Positions 18,184 through 28,080 of a DNA stretch of 64,000 nucleotides are shown piece after piece. The position numbers and the translations under genes are program-made. The stretch comes from an uncultured bacterium (lineage in GTDB: Bacteria; Chlamydiota; Chlamydiia; Chlamydiales; SM23-39): NCBI GenBank assembly GCA_963716985.1, contig OY970323.1, forward strand, positions 1,728,001 through 1,792,000. The letters are read 5' to 3'. The notes beneath the pieces were generated by a model, which saw nothing but the letters and a program-made list of their open reading frames with translations, was not told the origin of the DNA and ran no database searches. Within the stretch, counting starts at the first letter, position 1, and every line of letters starts with the position of its first letter.

Positions 18184-19705
18184 CTCGACTTTGCAACTTT
18201 TAGCGGCTTAGCTCAGGCCGCCTGAAGCACTCGCCTTACTATATCATCCATCCAATCCACCATTTCCGGAGTAATATTTTCCACGGAAGGTGTGATTTTA
18301 GTCTTCCCGGAAATTAAATTATCCCTCCATATTACCATGCGCACAGCCCTCAACATATCGGAAAATGTGACTTGTTCTTTTTGGTGCCAAGCAGTTGCCT
18401 CTACTTTCAGCAACTTTACCTGTCCCAATCGATTTGCCATTAGGCATACACAACTATATAGCCCCATCAGTATGGGAGTCGATCGGGCTATTGCTCGATC
18501 CGACCATTGCCGCTGGGTCTCTACGCCAAGATGTTCACGTGTTTCCTCGAATGTGACCTCAAGTCCCCAGCGATCGATAAATAATTCTATCATACGTTCT
18601 GCCGTCATGAGTGGATCTGTGCTCATAAGAGGTAGAGGATCAAGTTTTCCTGTAGGATCCACCACCAAAGTCCATCGGATGGGAATAGGAGTCACTCCAT
18701 CGGCTCCCCACATACATGTGTTAGACAGCACGCGAGCTACCCGTTTCTCTCCGCCGTAACCGACTACTTCCATTTCTTTCCAGGGCAATCCCTTCAGAGA
18801 TAGCATCTCTTTAAAATTTTGCAATTTGACGCCTTTCTGTGCAGTACGTCCCCTTTGGCCGGGACGCTTTTCGGCCGGGAAATCGAACAGGGCTGCATTC
18901 ATTTTCAGTCGCGAAACAAGAGTCACCCCAGAACAGATACAGTTCAGAGCCAACTGTCCCGCAGCATATCCTCCATCGCCAACAAGAATTAGTGATCGCG
19001 CCTTACCTACCCATCGACGCACCTGTAAGACCATCTGACTCGCCCATTTTAATGAGGTTTTGTGCCGACGTTTCTTCGCTTCATCACATTTTTTAGAAGG
19101 CTCCAGTGCACTCAAAAAAGGCAATGCAAGTGCTCTCGACATAAACGGCAATTTCACAGAGAGCGCCATAACCTGCCACTTCAAACCCATGGCTTTGACC
19201 ACTCGAGACTGTGACGATCGAACCGCATCTCGATAATAGCCCTTTGCTTTTATCTTCTTGCCACGCCTGCGCTCCAATGTCTCGTCAATGAGCAGAACCA
19301 AAGGATGCTGATCGGAGACAAAGATAAGCAACATAAAGAATAGGATTTTCGCTGCCTTGAGTGACGACCATTCCGCCCGGTTTAAAAGGTGATGGTACTT
19401 TGAAAAACCCGACTGATGCTCAAGACCCATTGCGCGCAGAGCCGCACACACGGTTCTCTTGCCAGTGCATAAAAGCGTGCCAAGTAATAAGGTCAGGGCT
19501 TTTTTCCAAGAAGGATTTGAAAAAAGTACTGAAAAAGGGATGAGTACTGCTAAAATGTTTGACGATAGAGAGTCCATGAGAGCCTGCCATTTTGTTTTAC
19601 TGAACCAAATAGTATGCGCGAAGCGGCACTCTCTATCAACTTTTTATTTTACAGATTGAAGCAAATGACTTTGGGCTATCAGATCGAAAAATGTACAAAG
19701 TCGAG
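18184..19705 (-). mobile_element. IS701-like insertion sequence, copy 1
   Basis: TIR CTCGACTTTG...; 5-bp TSD ATCTA; 1522 bp. Confidence 0.9.
18213..19577 (-). CDS. DDE transposase (IS701-like)
   Basis: GKRTVCAALR, IDETLERR.G, VGDGGY, RWGLEVTFEE.REHLG. Confidence 0.88.
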   Translation of the reverse strand: MDSLSSNILAVLIPFSVLFSNPSWKKALTLLLGTLLCTGKRTVCAALRAMGLEHQSGFSKYHHLLNRAEWSSLKAAKILFFMLLIFVSDQHPLVLLIDETLERRRGKKIKAKGYYRDAVRSSQSRVVKAMGLKWQVMALSVKLPFMSRALALPFLSALEPSKKCDEAKKRRHKTSLKWASQMVLQVRRWVGKARSLILVGDGGYAAGQLALNCICSGVTLVSRLKMNAALFDFPAEKRPGQRGRTAQKGVKLQNFKEMLSLKGLPWKEMEVVGYGGEKRVARVLSNTCMWGADGVTPIPIRWTLVVDPTGKLDPLPLMSTDPLMTAERMIELFIDRWGLEVTFEETREHLGVETQRQWSDRAIARSTPILMGLYSCVCLMANRLGQVKLLKVEATAWHQKEQVTFSDMLRAVRMVIWRDNLISGKTKITPSVENITPEMVDWMDDIVRRVLQAA

Positions 19706-19733
19706 ATCTACGCTTATTTATTATATTTTTTAA

Positions 19734-21385
19734 TGTTAGCGTTTTATTGAAATGTCCTCTTTTTGCGTTTTATTGAAATGTCCGCATTTAGAGGAATAGC
19801 AACATTGTTACTTCTTTATAAGAATAATTTTAACATTTCTTTATTAAAAAATCCAGGTCTTTTCAAGGGGAGAGCGCGAGAGGGTTTCCCTCTCGCCTCC
19901 CTCTTTAAATGATTATCTAGAGCCCAACCGAAGGGCGGGAGCAAAGGTGCTCGGCAATTTCCCCTCCTCCCTTATTCAAACTGAGGGACTCTTTTAGCAA
20001 GCGAGCTTATGTTTATTTGAAAAGCCTCTGGGTCCTCGCTTCCAAGGATGTCGACGACTTGGGCGATAACGGCAGCGCTCTTTTCGTTCAGCCAACTTCA
20101 CTATCAATTCTTTTGCACTAACCACTTCTGTTTGTGCTTGCATTTTGTGGTGTGGTACTGCTGTGAGTTGTTTACCTCGATATTCGATGAAAACAACTCC
20201 GTCTTTTGTCTCCAAAACGGTAACCTCGGCATTTCTCAGAACGTATTCGTGACAAGGTGCTATCACTTGATAAATCACATTGTCGTATTGTAGAGTTAGA
20301 TTTTTGGACAATCTGCGATTGGCCTTGAGGCAAAATATCTTGTCTAGGTTGTATGAGGGTAATAAGGGTTTATGCGCGTTGCTCGGATCTTTCGGTGCTT
20401 TGGCGAATTTTTGATTAAACTTGAGTAGAAATGATGGTAAAAATGCATTTGCAGCCTCGATGTCGCAGATCTTGGCTATACGCATCGCTTTGATCAATCG
20501 ATTCTGAAAGTCCCGATTGCGCCTTTCAACGCGCCCTTTTGCCTGTGGTGAATTGGCGCAGATCAGTGTTATGTCCAGCTCTTCCATGGCTCTGCCGAAT
20601 TGAGTTCTTCCATCTCCAGTTAAAGCGCCTTCATGGTTCACTCGAAAAACACTATGTTTGTCCGGATAAAACGCCTCTGGTCTACCATGCTTTTCAATGT
20701 ATTCTCGGGTTGCCTGGAAGTAGTCAAATGTATTTTCAGATTTCACAAATTTCAAATGCATTGTCTTACTCGTTGCATCATCGATGAATACCAGGAGAGT
20801 GCATCGCGGTCCCCGGCCTTCGAACCAGTCGTGCTCCGAGCCGTCGAGCTGAATGAGCTCGCCCATTTTTGATCGTCTCTGTCTCAATGGATGTACTTTC
20901 AATTCCCGGATTTCATTTGGATGCCACAGGCCATTTTCGATCATCACTCTACGCACTGCGCTAACCGAAAATTTCGCCGCTCCGCTTTCAATCAAATACT
21001 CATGGGCCAGGGTGGGACCAAAATCGCGATGGTCTTCCTGCTTGAAGAACTCTAAAATTTGAGCCTTTTTTTCTTGAGAAAGCCGGCGATTGCCTGGAAC
21101 TCCCACTTTCCTGGAAACGATCCCTTTTGGGCCTTCAACCCTCAATCTCTTCAATAAACGCCTAAACTGCCTGGGACTTATTCCTAAACTCCGGGCGCCT
21201 TTTGATTGCTTTAACCGGCCTTCTTTGACAGCTGTAAAAACTTCTAATCTCGTTAATTCCCTGAAACTCATTGACATACGCTCCTCCATTTGATCGCCTC
21301 CTCATTGGTAATCAACAACTTGTGATTACCAGAAAGAGGACATTTCTAAAAAACGGAAAGCGGACATTTTAAAAAAACGCTAATA
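19734..21385 (-). mobile_element. IS1202-family (ISNCY) insertion sequence
   Basis: Ends TGTTAGCGTTTT.../...AAAACGCTAATA, repeated subterminal AAATGTCC boxes; 15-bp TSD TATTATATTTTTTAA (19719-33, 21386-400). Confidence 0.9.
19994..21289 (-). CDS. ISNCY/IS1202 transposase
   Basis: DFGPTLA, GELIQLDGSEHDWFEGR, IDDATS, Y.DKHSVF, SPQAKGRVER. Confidence 0.93.
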   Translation of the reverse strand: MEERMSMSFRELTRLEVFTAVKEGRLKQSKGARSLGISPRQFRRLLKRLRVEGPKGIVSRKVGVPGNRRLSQEKKAQILEFFKQEDHRDFGPTLAHEYLIESGAAKFSVSAVRRVMIENGLWHPNEIRELKVHPLRQRRSKMGELIQLDGSEHDWFEGRGPRCTLLVFIDDATSKTMHLKFVKSENTFDYFQATREYIEKHGRPEAFYPDKHSVFRVNHEGALTGDGRTQFGRAMEELDITLICANSPQAKGRVERRNRDFQNRLIKAMRIAKICDIEAANAFLPSFLLKFNQKFAKAPKDPSNAHKPLLPSYNLDKIFCLKANRRLSKNLTLQYDNVIYQVIAPCHEYVLRNAEVTVLETKDGVVFIEYRGKQLTAVPHHKMQAQTEVVSAKELIVKLAERKERCRYRPSRRHPWKRGPRGFSNKHKLAC

Positions 21386-21464
21386 TATTATATTTTTTAA
21401 TTGAACATATTAAACTATTATGTTATGATAATATCATATTAATCAAAATTTTATATAAAAGAGG

Positions 21465-22664
21465 TTGGATAAAATGTCACAAATAACTGATTTGCGTGCA
21501 ACAACATCAAGCGCCCCCGGAACAAGCCGCGAAGCGGCTTCACTTGCTACAGAGAAAAAAACATCACATGCTACAGCCTATATGTTTACAGCACTTAGCA
21601 TTGTAGCCCTCGGGGCTCTCGTAACAGGAGGCCTTGGCATCATTCCCACGGCAGGCTTCTTGGCAAAAACAACTCTTTCAGTTGGCGGAGTCGCGAGTTT
21701 CATCGCAGGAATGTTTTCAGTTCGATCAAACGAGCCTTCTCGCCCCTCCATTCAGTTTCCCATCGGAATTCCGAATGCTCAAATGAACTGCTGGGCCAAC
21801 TCTTTGCTTCAAATGTGCAGAGCCGTTCCCATGCTACAAGAGTTCTTGATCGGACAGAAAGAGAGAGAACTCTCTCCCATAGGATTGGTCCTCGCTCAAT
21901 ATGAAAATGATCAAGAAAGAGGACGAACGATTTCTCGGGCAGATAGTCAACAAGTTCGCCTCTGTCTCAGCCGGTTTTCGGACGGCATCAGCCGAGATGG
22001 GGCTGTGCAGTGCGATGCTTCGGAGGGCCTGTCCCTCATCCTCGAAAGAATGAACTCCCCAAAACTGCCCAAAATGCAAGCCATCTACCGATGCAAAAAT
22101 AAAGCACACGAATGGGTGACTTCCTCCGGTGTTTTTGACCCTATGCCAAAACTCGAACTAATCCTGGACGGCTCGCGCTCTTTTTTGCAAATCTTTGAAT
22201 CCTTCTTAAAGAAAAAGCCCAAAGAATCAGAGCATAATTACCAAGACCCCTCCACAGACACAAGAGATGGACATGTCGTTTCTGAAGAGCTGCTTTTTGA
22301 AAAAACTCCAGACGAGCTTTTTATTAGTTTGAAGCGTTTCGTCAATCAAAAAAAGGGATTTTTTACACGCCTCTTTTCAGACGCCTCCCACGAACTTATG
22401 AAAATCACAGACCCAATCGATGTTCCCGAAACCTTTCATCTAAAAGAGGAGTTCGTTCGGACACGCGAGGGTGCAGACTATCAAGTAGACGCTTTTATAC
22501 AGCACAAAGGACCCACTTGTAATGGTGGTCACTATATTGCCTATATCAAAGCGCCGGACGGAACCTGGTTTGCATGCGATGATTCCGATACACGCGCCAT
22601 GACAGCGGAAGAGGTAAAAGCCGCTCTATCCGACGCTTACATCTACCACTTCCATCGACTCTAA
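21465..22664 (+). CDS. USP/C19-like protein with N-terminal TM segments, paralog 2
   Basis: GIPNAQMNCWANSLLQ, QCDASE, HKGPTCNGGHYIAY...WFACDD. Confidence 0.85.
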   Translation: MDKMSQITDLRATTSSAPGTSREAASLATEKKTSHATAYMFTALSIVALGALVTGGLGIIPTAGFLAKTTLSVGGVASFIAGMFSVRSNEPSRPSIQFPIGIPNAQMNCWANSLLQMCRAVPMLQEFLIGQKERELSPIGLVLAQYENDQERGRTISRADSQQVRLCLSRFSDGISRDGAVQCDASEGLSLILERMNSPKLPKMQAIYRCKNKAHEWVTSSGVFDPMPKLELILDGSRSFLQIFESFLKKKPKESEHNYQDPSTDTRDGHVVSEELLFEKTPDELFISLKRFVNQKKGFFTRLFSDASHELMKITDPIDVPETFHLKEEFVRTREGADYQVDAFIQHKGPTCNGGHYIAYIKAPDGTWFACDDSDTRAMTAEEVKAALSDAYIYHFHRL

Positions 22665-25600
22665 AAAGAAGAGCTTTCCCGACTGAGCTTCTCAAAGAAC
22701 TCATACTTCTCTTTGAGATGGCTTTGCAGTTCGGTAAGCAGGCGTTTGGCCTCTTCCGGTTTTGTTTTTTGCAAATAGTTGTAGCGCACCTGTTCGGATA
22801 GAAAATCCTGCAAGGAAAGCGTGGGCTTTTTCGAGTCCATCTGGAAGGGATTTTTTCCTTCGCTCTTTCTTCTTGGATCGAATCGATAGTTGAACCAGTA
22901 GCCCGATTCTACCGCTTGCTTCATCTCATTTTGCGAGCGGCTCATTCCCCATTTATTTCCATGCGCAATGCAAGAAGCATAGGCAATGATGAGGGCAGGG
23001 CCCTTATAACTTTCTGCTTCTTGAAGGGCGCGAATGAGCTGCTGCTTATCTGCTCCCATCGAAACCGATGCTACGTAAATATATCCATAGCTCATCGCAA
23101 TCAGGCCGAGGTCCTTTTTGGCCGTCTTCTTTCCGGAAGCTGCAAATTTGGCCACGGCTCCCATCGGAGTTGCTTTCGAGGACTGCCCTCCCGTATTGGA
23201 ATAGACCTCCGTATCCAATACCAGAACTTTAACATCCTGATTCATCGCAAGCACATGATCAAGACCGCCATATCCGATATCATACGCCCAGCCATCTCCC
23301 CCGATCATCCAGATCGCAGGCTTGGTCAAAATATCTCTCCTCTCCCAGATTTTTTCTAAAAGAGCGCTTCTCTTCATTGGAGAGAGAAGAGCTTTGATCT
23401 TTTCTGCAACTTCCCGGCTTTTGTCTCCATCGTCTGTGAATTTCAGCCATTCTTCGAACAGCCGTTTTAAATCGGACGGAAGCGACGTTTTCATAGATTC
23501 TTGCACCAAATGGGCAAGTTCATTTCTTCGATAAGCAAACGCCATATACATGCCGAGTCCATATTCCGCATTATCCTCGAAGAGGGAGTTGGCCCAAGCA
23601 GGACCATATCCCTTCTCGTTGACAGCCCAAGGAACAGAAGGAGAAGAGCCGCCCCAGATCGAAGAACAGCCCGTTGCATTCGCCACTACCATGCGATCGC
23701 CGAAGAGCTGGGTCAACACCTTGACATAGGGAGTTTCTCCGCAACCCGCGCAGGCGCCGGAAAACTCAAACAGGGGTTTGAAGAATTGCGATCCCTTCAC
23801 AGTATATTTACTGATATCGACCTGAGGATTGATCTTTTTACCAAGGAAATCCCATTGCTCCTCATATTGGGGCCGCAAACTTTCTTGGGGTTTTAAAACA
23901 AGCGCTTTTCCCTTAGGAGCGGGACAGGTTTCCACACAGTTGCCGCAGCCCGTACAATCGTAAGGGGTGATTTGCACGCTGTATTGATATTTTTCAAGCC
24001 CCTTCCCGAGTGGCTTTAAGCTTTTATAACTCTTTGGAGCCTTCTTGGCCTCTTCTTCCGGAAGAAGGAAGGGGCGAATGCAAGCATGCGGACAAACAAG
24101 AGAGCACTGGTTGCACTGGATGCAGTTTCCCTCAATCCACTCGGGAAAATTCAGAGCGATGTTTCTCTTTTCAAATTGCGTGGTCGCAGGAGGCAAAACC
24201 CCGCCGGGCGTAAAAGCACTTACGGGAAGAGTGTCCCCTTTTTGGGCGATCATCACTTCGGCAACATTTTTGATAAACTCAGGCTTTTCTTCTTCTTTCT
24301 TCTTTTTTTGATCGACGGCATTTTTCCAAGAAGCGGGATAGTCGATTTTTTTCAAATTTTCTATCGCCAAATCGACAGCTTGTTGATTGCGTTTGATGAC
24401 GGCCTCCCCCTTTTTTAAATAGGTCTCTGCAATCGCCTCTTTTAATAAGCAAAGCGCCTGTTCGATCGGAAGGATGGAAGAGAGCTTGAAGAAGACGGCC
24501 TGCATCACCATATTGATTTTTTCTCCAAGTCCCGCAGCCTTGGCAATGGAGCTCGCATCGATAGTGAAAAACTGCACATGATTCAGTGCGATCGCTCGTT
24601 TTAAAGAAGCAGGTAAACGAGTCTCCATTTCTTGTAGCGTCCAGGGAGAATTCAGAACAAAGGTTCCTCCCTTTTTGATCCCTTCTAAAACATCATATTT
24701 CGAAACATAGGAAGGGTGATGGCAAGCAATATAATCAGCTACCTGAATCAGATAGGTAGACAAAATGGGGGCATCGCCAAATCGCAAGTGGGAAATGGTC
24801 ACACCGCTGGATTTTTTCGAATCATAAGCAAAATAGCCTTGCACATATTTATCGGTATGGTCTCCGATCATTTTGATGGCGTCCTTATTGGCTCCAATCG
24901 TCCCATCTCCGCCGATTCCCCAAAACTTGCAGCGAACAACTCCGGGATTTTCCGTATCGATGATTTCCGTGACGGGAAGGGAGGTGTGGGTCACATCATC
25001 GTTGATCCCAAGGGTAAAATGGTTTTTAAGGACAGGAAGCTTCATATGATCCAATAGCGCTTTGACCATGCTTGGAGTAAACTCTTTGCCTCCAAGTCCA
25101 TAGCGGCCGCCGATCACCTCTCTTTCGGGCAATATCCCTTTTAATGCAGCGCACACGTCTAAATACAGAGGCTCTGCGAAACTCGCAGACTCCTTCGTTC
25201 GATCTAAAACGGCCATTTTTTTCACACTTTGGGGAATTGCTTTTCTGAAATGTTCAACGGAGAAAGGTCGATATAAGCGAACTTTCAACACCCCGACCTT
25301 TTCGCCTCTTTTACTCATCCAATGGACGGTCTCTTCCGCCGCTTGCGCCCCGGATCCCATGAGAATGATGATCCGATCCGCTTCCGGGTGGCCGACGTAT
25401 TCAAAAAGGTGGTATCTTCGATGGGTGAGCTTGTAGAGTTTGTCCATCTCTTCTTCGACAACTTTTGCAACCGGTAAATAAAAAGGGTTCGCTCTCTCCG
25501 TTGCTTGAAAATAGACATCGGGATTCTGCGCGCTGCCGCGCAGATGGGGATGTTCCGGATTGAGCGCTCTTTGCCGATGAAGCCCAATTCCCTTCCAATC

Positions 25601-26185
25601 GACAAGCGGGCGAATCTCATCGTAATCGATCAGGTCCACTTTTTGGATCTCGTGCGACGTACGAAACCCATCAAAAAAATGCAAGAAAGGAAGCGACAAC
25701 CGAAGGGAAGAAAGGTGGGCCACTAAAGCCATGTCCTGCGCTTCCTGCACAGAGTGGGAAGAGAGCATGCAAAATCCTGTGCTGCGAGTGGCCATCACAT
25801 CTTGATGGTCCCCGAAAATCGAAAGTCCCTGTCCGGCAATGGCCCTTCCCGTTACGTGGAAAACGGTCGGCATGAGCTCGCCCGCAATCTTATACATATT
25901 CGGAATCATGAGCAAAAGTCCCTGCGATGCCGTGAAGGTCGTGGCAAAAGCTCCCGAAGACAAGACCCCGTGCAAAGCTCCGGCAGCGCCGGCTTCGGAT
26001 TGCATTTCAACAACCGAGACGACCTCTCCGAAAAGATTCTTTTTTCCATCAGAAGCCCATTCATCTACCAGTTCTCCCATTGCCGTTGAAGGAGTGATGG
26101 GGTAAAGAGCTACAACCTCAGAAAAAGCATACGCAATATGAGCAGCTGCACTATTGCCGTCCATCGACTTAACAGTTTTTTTCAT
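22661..26185 (-). CDS. nifJ: Pyruvate:ferredoxin (flavodoxin) oxidoreductase, single-chain
   Basis: YPITPS, EMQSEAGAAG, two CxxCxxCxxxCP motifs, FSGACAGCGE, GGDGWAYDIG; 1174 aa. Confidence 0.97.
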   Translation of the reverse strand: MKKTVKSMDGNSAAAHIAYAFSEVVALYPITPSTAMGELVDEWASDGKKNLFGEVVSVVEMQSEAGAAGALHGVLSSGAFATTFTASQGLLLMIPNMYKIAGELMPTVFHVTGRAIAGQGLSIFGDHQDVMATRSTGFCMLSSHSVQEAQDMALVAHLSSLRLSLPFLHFFDGFRTSHEIQKVDLIDYDEIRPLVDWKGIGLHRQRALNPEHPHLRGSAQNPDVYFQATERANPFYLPVAKVVEEEMDKLYKLTHRRYHLFEYVGHPEADRIIILMGSGAQAAEETVHWMSKRGEKVGVLKVRLYRPFSVEHFRKAIPQSVKKMAVLDRTKESASFAEPLYLDVCAALKGILPEREVIGGRYGLGGKEFTPSMVKALLDHMKLPVLKNHFTLGINDDVTHTSLPVTEIIDTENPGVVRCKFWGIGGDGTIGANKDAIKMIGDHTDKYVQGYFAYDSKKSSGVTISHLRFGDAPILSTYLIQVADYIACHHPSYVSKYDVLEGIKKGGTFVLNSPWTLQEMETRLPASLKRAIALNHVQFFTIDASSIAKAAGLGEKINMVMQAVFFKLSSILPIEQALCLLKEAIAETYLKKGEAVIKRNQQAVDLAIENLKKIDYPASWKNAVDQKKKKEEEKPEFIKNVAEVMIAQKGDTLPVSAFTPGGVLPPATTQFEKRNIALNFPEWIEGNCIQCNQCSLVCPHACIRPFLLPEEEAKKAPKSYKSLKPLGKGLEKYQYSVQITPYDCTGCGNCVETCPAPKGKALVLKPQESLRPQYEEQWDFLGKKINPQVDISKYTVKGSQFFKPLFEFSGACAGCGETPYVKVLTQLFGDRMVVANATGCSSIWGGSSPSVPWAVNEKGYGPAWANSLFEDNAEYGLGMYMAFAYRRNELAHLVQESMKTSLPSDLKRLFEEWLKFTDDGDKSREVAEKIKALLSPMKRSALLEKIWERRDILTKPAIWMIGGDGWAYDIGYGGLDHVLAMNQDVKVLVLDTEVYSNTGGQSSKATPMGAVAKFAASGKKTAKKDLGLIAMSYGYIYVASVSMGADKQQLIRALQEAESYKGPALIIAYASCIAHGNKWGMSRSQNEMKQAVESGYWFNYRFDPRRKSEGKNPFQMDSKKPTLSLQDFLSEQVRYNYLQKTKPEEAKRLLTELQSHLKEKYEFFEKLSRESSSF

Positions 26186-26384
26186 GCATTCCTCAAAGTT
26201 TATCTTTTAAAAAAACTATATGAAAAAGGTTCCTTTTTTTCTATATAGCAACGCATCTCCTATCCAACAAACAAATTATTTTTTTCACAAAAAAAACAGA
26301 GGAAATAAAAAAATTTTTATCTGAAATTCACACTCCTGAAATTTCAGAGGAACGGGTATACTTAAGAAAAAAAAAGAGCATGCC

Positions 26385-27602
26385 GTGAAAGATTCTTTCT
26401 TTAAAAAGACTCGTTTCGCCATTTTTTGGACGGCTTTCTTCAGCGAATCTTTCCTCGCTTTTTACAACGGGCTTTTGCCCTTTATCCTCATCAAAGACCT
26501 CGCAGCTTCTGCCTTCTGCCTCTCTCTGCTTATGACCCTCAAACCCGCCGTTTCCGTCTTCTCCTTTTATTGGAGCTCTTCGACTCATCGAAACTCGCAA
26601 AGTCTTAAAAAAAGCCTTCTTTTTTCCGGTCTATTTTCCTATCTGCCCTTTCTCTTCTATCCGCTCTTAGATCGTGTTTGGTATCTCATCTTTGCCTCTA
26701 CCCTGTTCATGCTCTTTTCCAAAGCCAGCTTTCCCGCCTGGATGGAGATTCTCAAGATTAATTTAGAAAAAGAATCGAGAGAAAAACTTTTTTCTTTAGG
26801 CGCCATCATCGGATATATAGAGGGAGCTCTTTTAGGAGTCTTTATCGGACCCCTTCTCGACTCCCATCCCTCCTATTGGAAACTCCTTCTTCTCTTAAGC
26901 GCTCTCTTAGGAATGAGTAGCGTTTGGATTCAGTGGAGAACACCCTTGCGAAGATTACCGGTAAATGAAAAAACAGTTCCTCCCTTTACCCTTTTGCGGC
27001 CTTGGAAAGAAGGTCTTGCCCTTCTTCGATCGCGAAAGGATTTTGCCCAGTACCAGCTCGGCTCGATGTGCAACGGTTTTGGAATCATGCTTGCGCTGCC
27101 GGCGCTCACCATCTTCTTTTCGGACCATTTACAGCTCACCCATTCCGAAATGACCATGGGCCGCTATATCTTTATGGCCATTGGCTATGTTCTTTTTTCC
27201 CCCCTTTGGGCAAGGGCATTTAGCCGCTTTTCGATCCATTTTTTGACGGCCATTGCCTGCATTGGCTTTGGACTCTATCCCCTATTCAGCATGCTCGGCC
27301 ACTTTCACCATTCCTGGATCTTTTTTGCCCTATTTCTCTATGGAATTACGCAAGCCGGCTCCCATTTGATCTGGAATCTTTCCGGGACCATTTTTGCAAA
27401 GGAGAAAGAGAGCGCGCCATTTTCTGCAATGAACATCCTTACCATTGGAATTCGCGGACTTGTTGCCCCCTTAATGGGAGGACTTCTTTGCCAGTATTTT
27501 TCTCCGATTCCCGTCCTCATTTTATCCGCCCTGATCTGTTTTGTCGGCAGCTGGCAAATGTTCAAAAAGCCCATGGAAATTTCGGAAGCAGAAAAAATCT
27601 AG
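26385..27602 (+). CDS. MFS transporter
   Basis: About 12 hydrophobic segments in a 6+6 layout; 405 aa. Confidence 0.8.
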   Translation: MKDSFFKKTRFAIFWTAFFSESFLAFYNGLLPFILIKDLAASAFCLSLLMTLKPAVSVFSFYWSSSTHRNSQSLKKSLLFSGLFSYLPFLFYPLLDRVWYLIFASTLFMLFSKASFPAWMEILKINLEKESREKLFSLGAIIGYIEGALLGVFIGPLLDSHPSYWKLLLLLSALLGMSSVWIQWRTPLRRLPVNEKTVPPFTLLRPWKEGLALLRSRKDFAQYQLGSMCNGFGIMLALPALTIFFSDHLQLTHSEMTMGRYIFMAIGYVLFSPLWARAFSRFSIHFLTAIACIGFGLYPLFSMLGHFHHSWIFFALFLYGITQAGSHLIWNLSGTIFAKEKESAPFSAMNILTIGIRGLVAPLMGGLLCQYFSPIPVLILSALICFVGSWQMFKKPMEISEAEKI

Positions 27603-27659
27603 GCGAAAAATTCCTTCTTCATATAATGTGAGGCCAAATAAAAATTTAGGAGGTTTGGC

Positions 27660-27821
27660 ATGAGAGGTGTTCCTCGTCAAAAGACAAAATTCTTAAAGGC
27701 TCCATCGAGAGACGATCTTCATGAAAAAGATCAAAAAGAGCTGATCGAAGTCGCGAAAGAAAAAGAAATGTCTGCTCCCAGCAGCCCAAAGCCCAAAGAA
27801 AAACCCAAATCCAAGTCATAA
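27660..27821 (+). CDS. Small basic protein, 53 aa (not in ORF track)
   Basis: AGGAGG RBS and upstream TATAAT; MRGVPRQKTKFLKAPSRDD...KPKSKS. Confidence 0.55.
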   Translation: MRGVPRQKTKFLKAPSRDDLHEKDQKELIEVAKEKEMSAPSSPKPKEKPKSKS

Positions 27822-28080
27822 CATCCTCGCAAAGCGAGGAGCTTGAATGTTTGTGAGCAGCCCAAGAGGCTGCCAGGTATCCAAACGCTTTCTTCTCCTC
27901 AGTCTATTGGCTTGACGGATTGGAGCGCCTCAAAGGTGCCGATTACTAAAACGATCCTTTTTCTTCACAATTTTCTCTATTGTCAAGTTGTTCTTGATTT
28001 CTGATGTAAACCCTGACCTGCTCCTCTTGAAAGCCAATCGTCGAAACTGCATATCCTCAAGCCCACAATCTTTCTCCATT
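27815..28080 (-). pseudogene. tnpA: IS200-type TnpA (Y1) 3' remnant with terminal hairpins
   Basis: 27946-28077 translates GERLWA*GYAVSTIGFQEEQVRVYIRNQEQLD; end hairpin CCTCGC-TTT-GCGAGG then ATGTTATGAC. Confidence 0.75.

Noticed and set aside
21401..21430. dif/Xer-like site next to the IS1202 element (TTATGTTATGA)
   Set aside because: Partial XerD-arm match in very AT-rich DNA and no convincing XerC arm
22916..26105. Numerous plus-strand ORFs within PFOR, and similar shadow ORFs elsewhere
   Set aside because: Antisense or alternative-frame shadows of well-supported genes with no motifs
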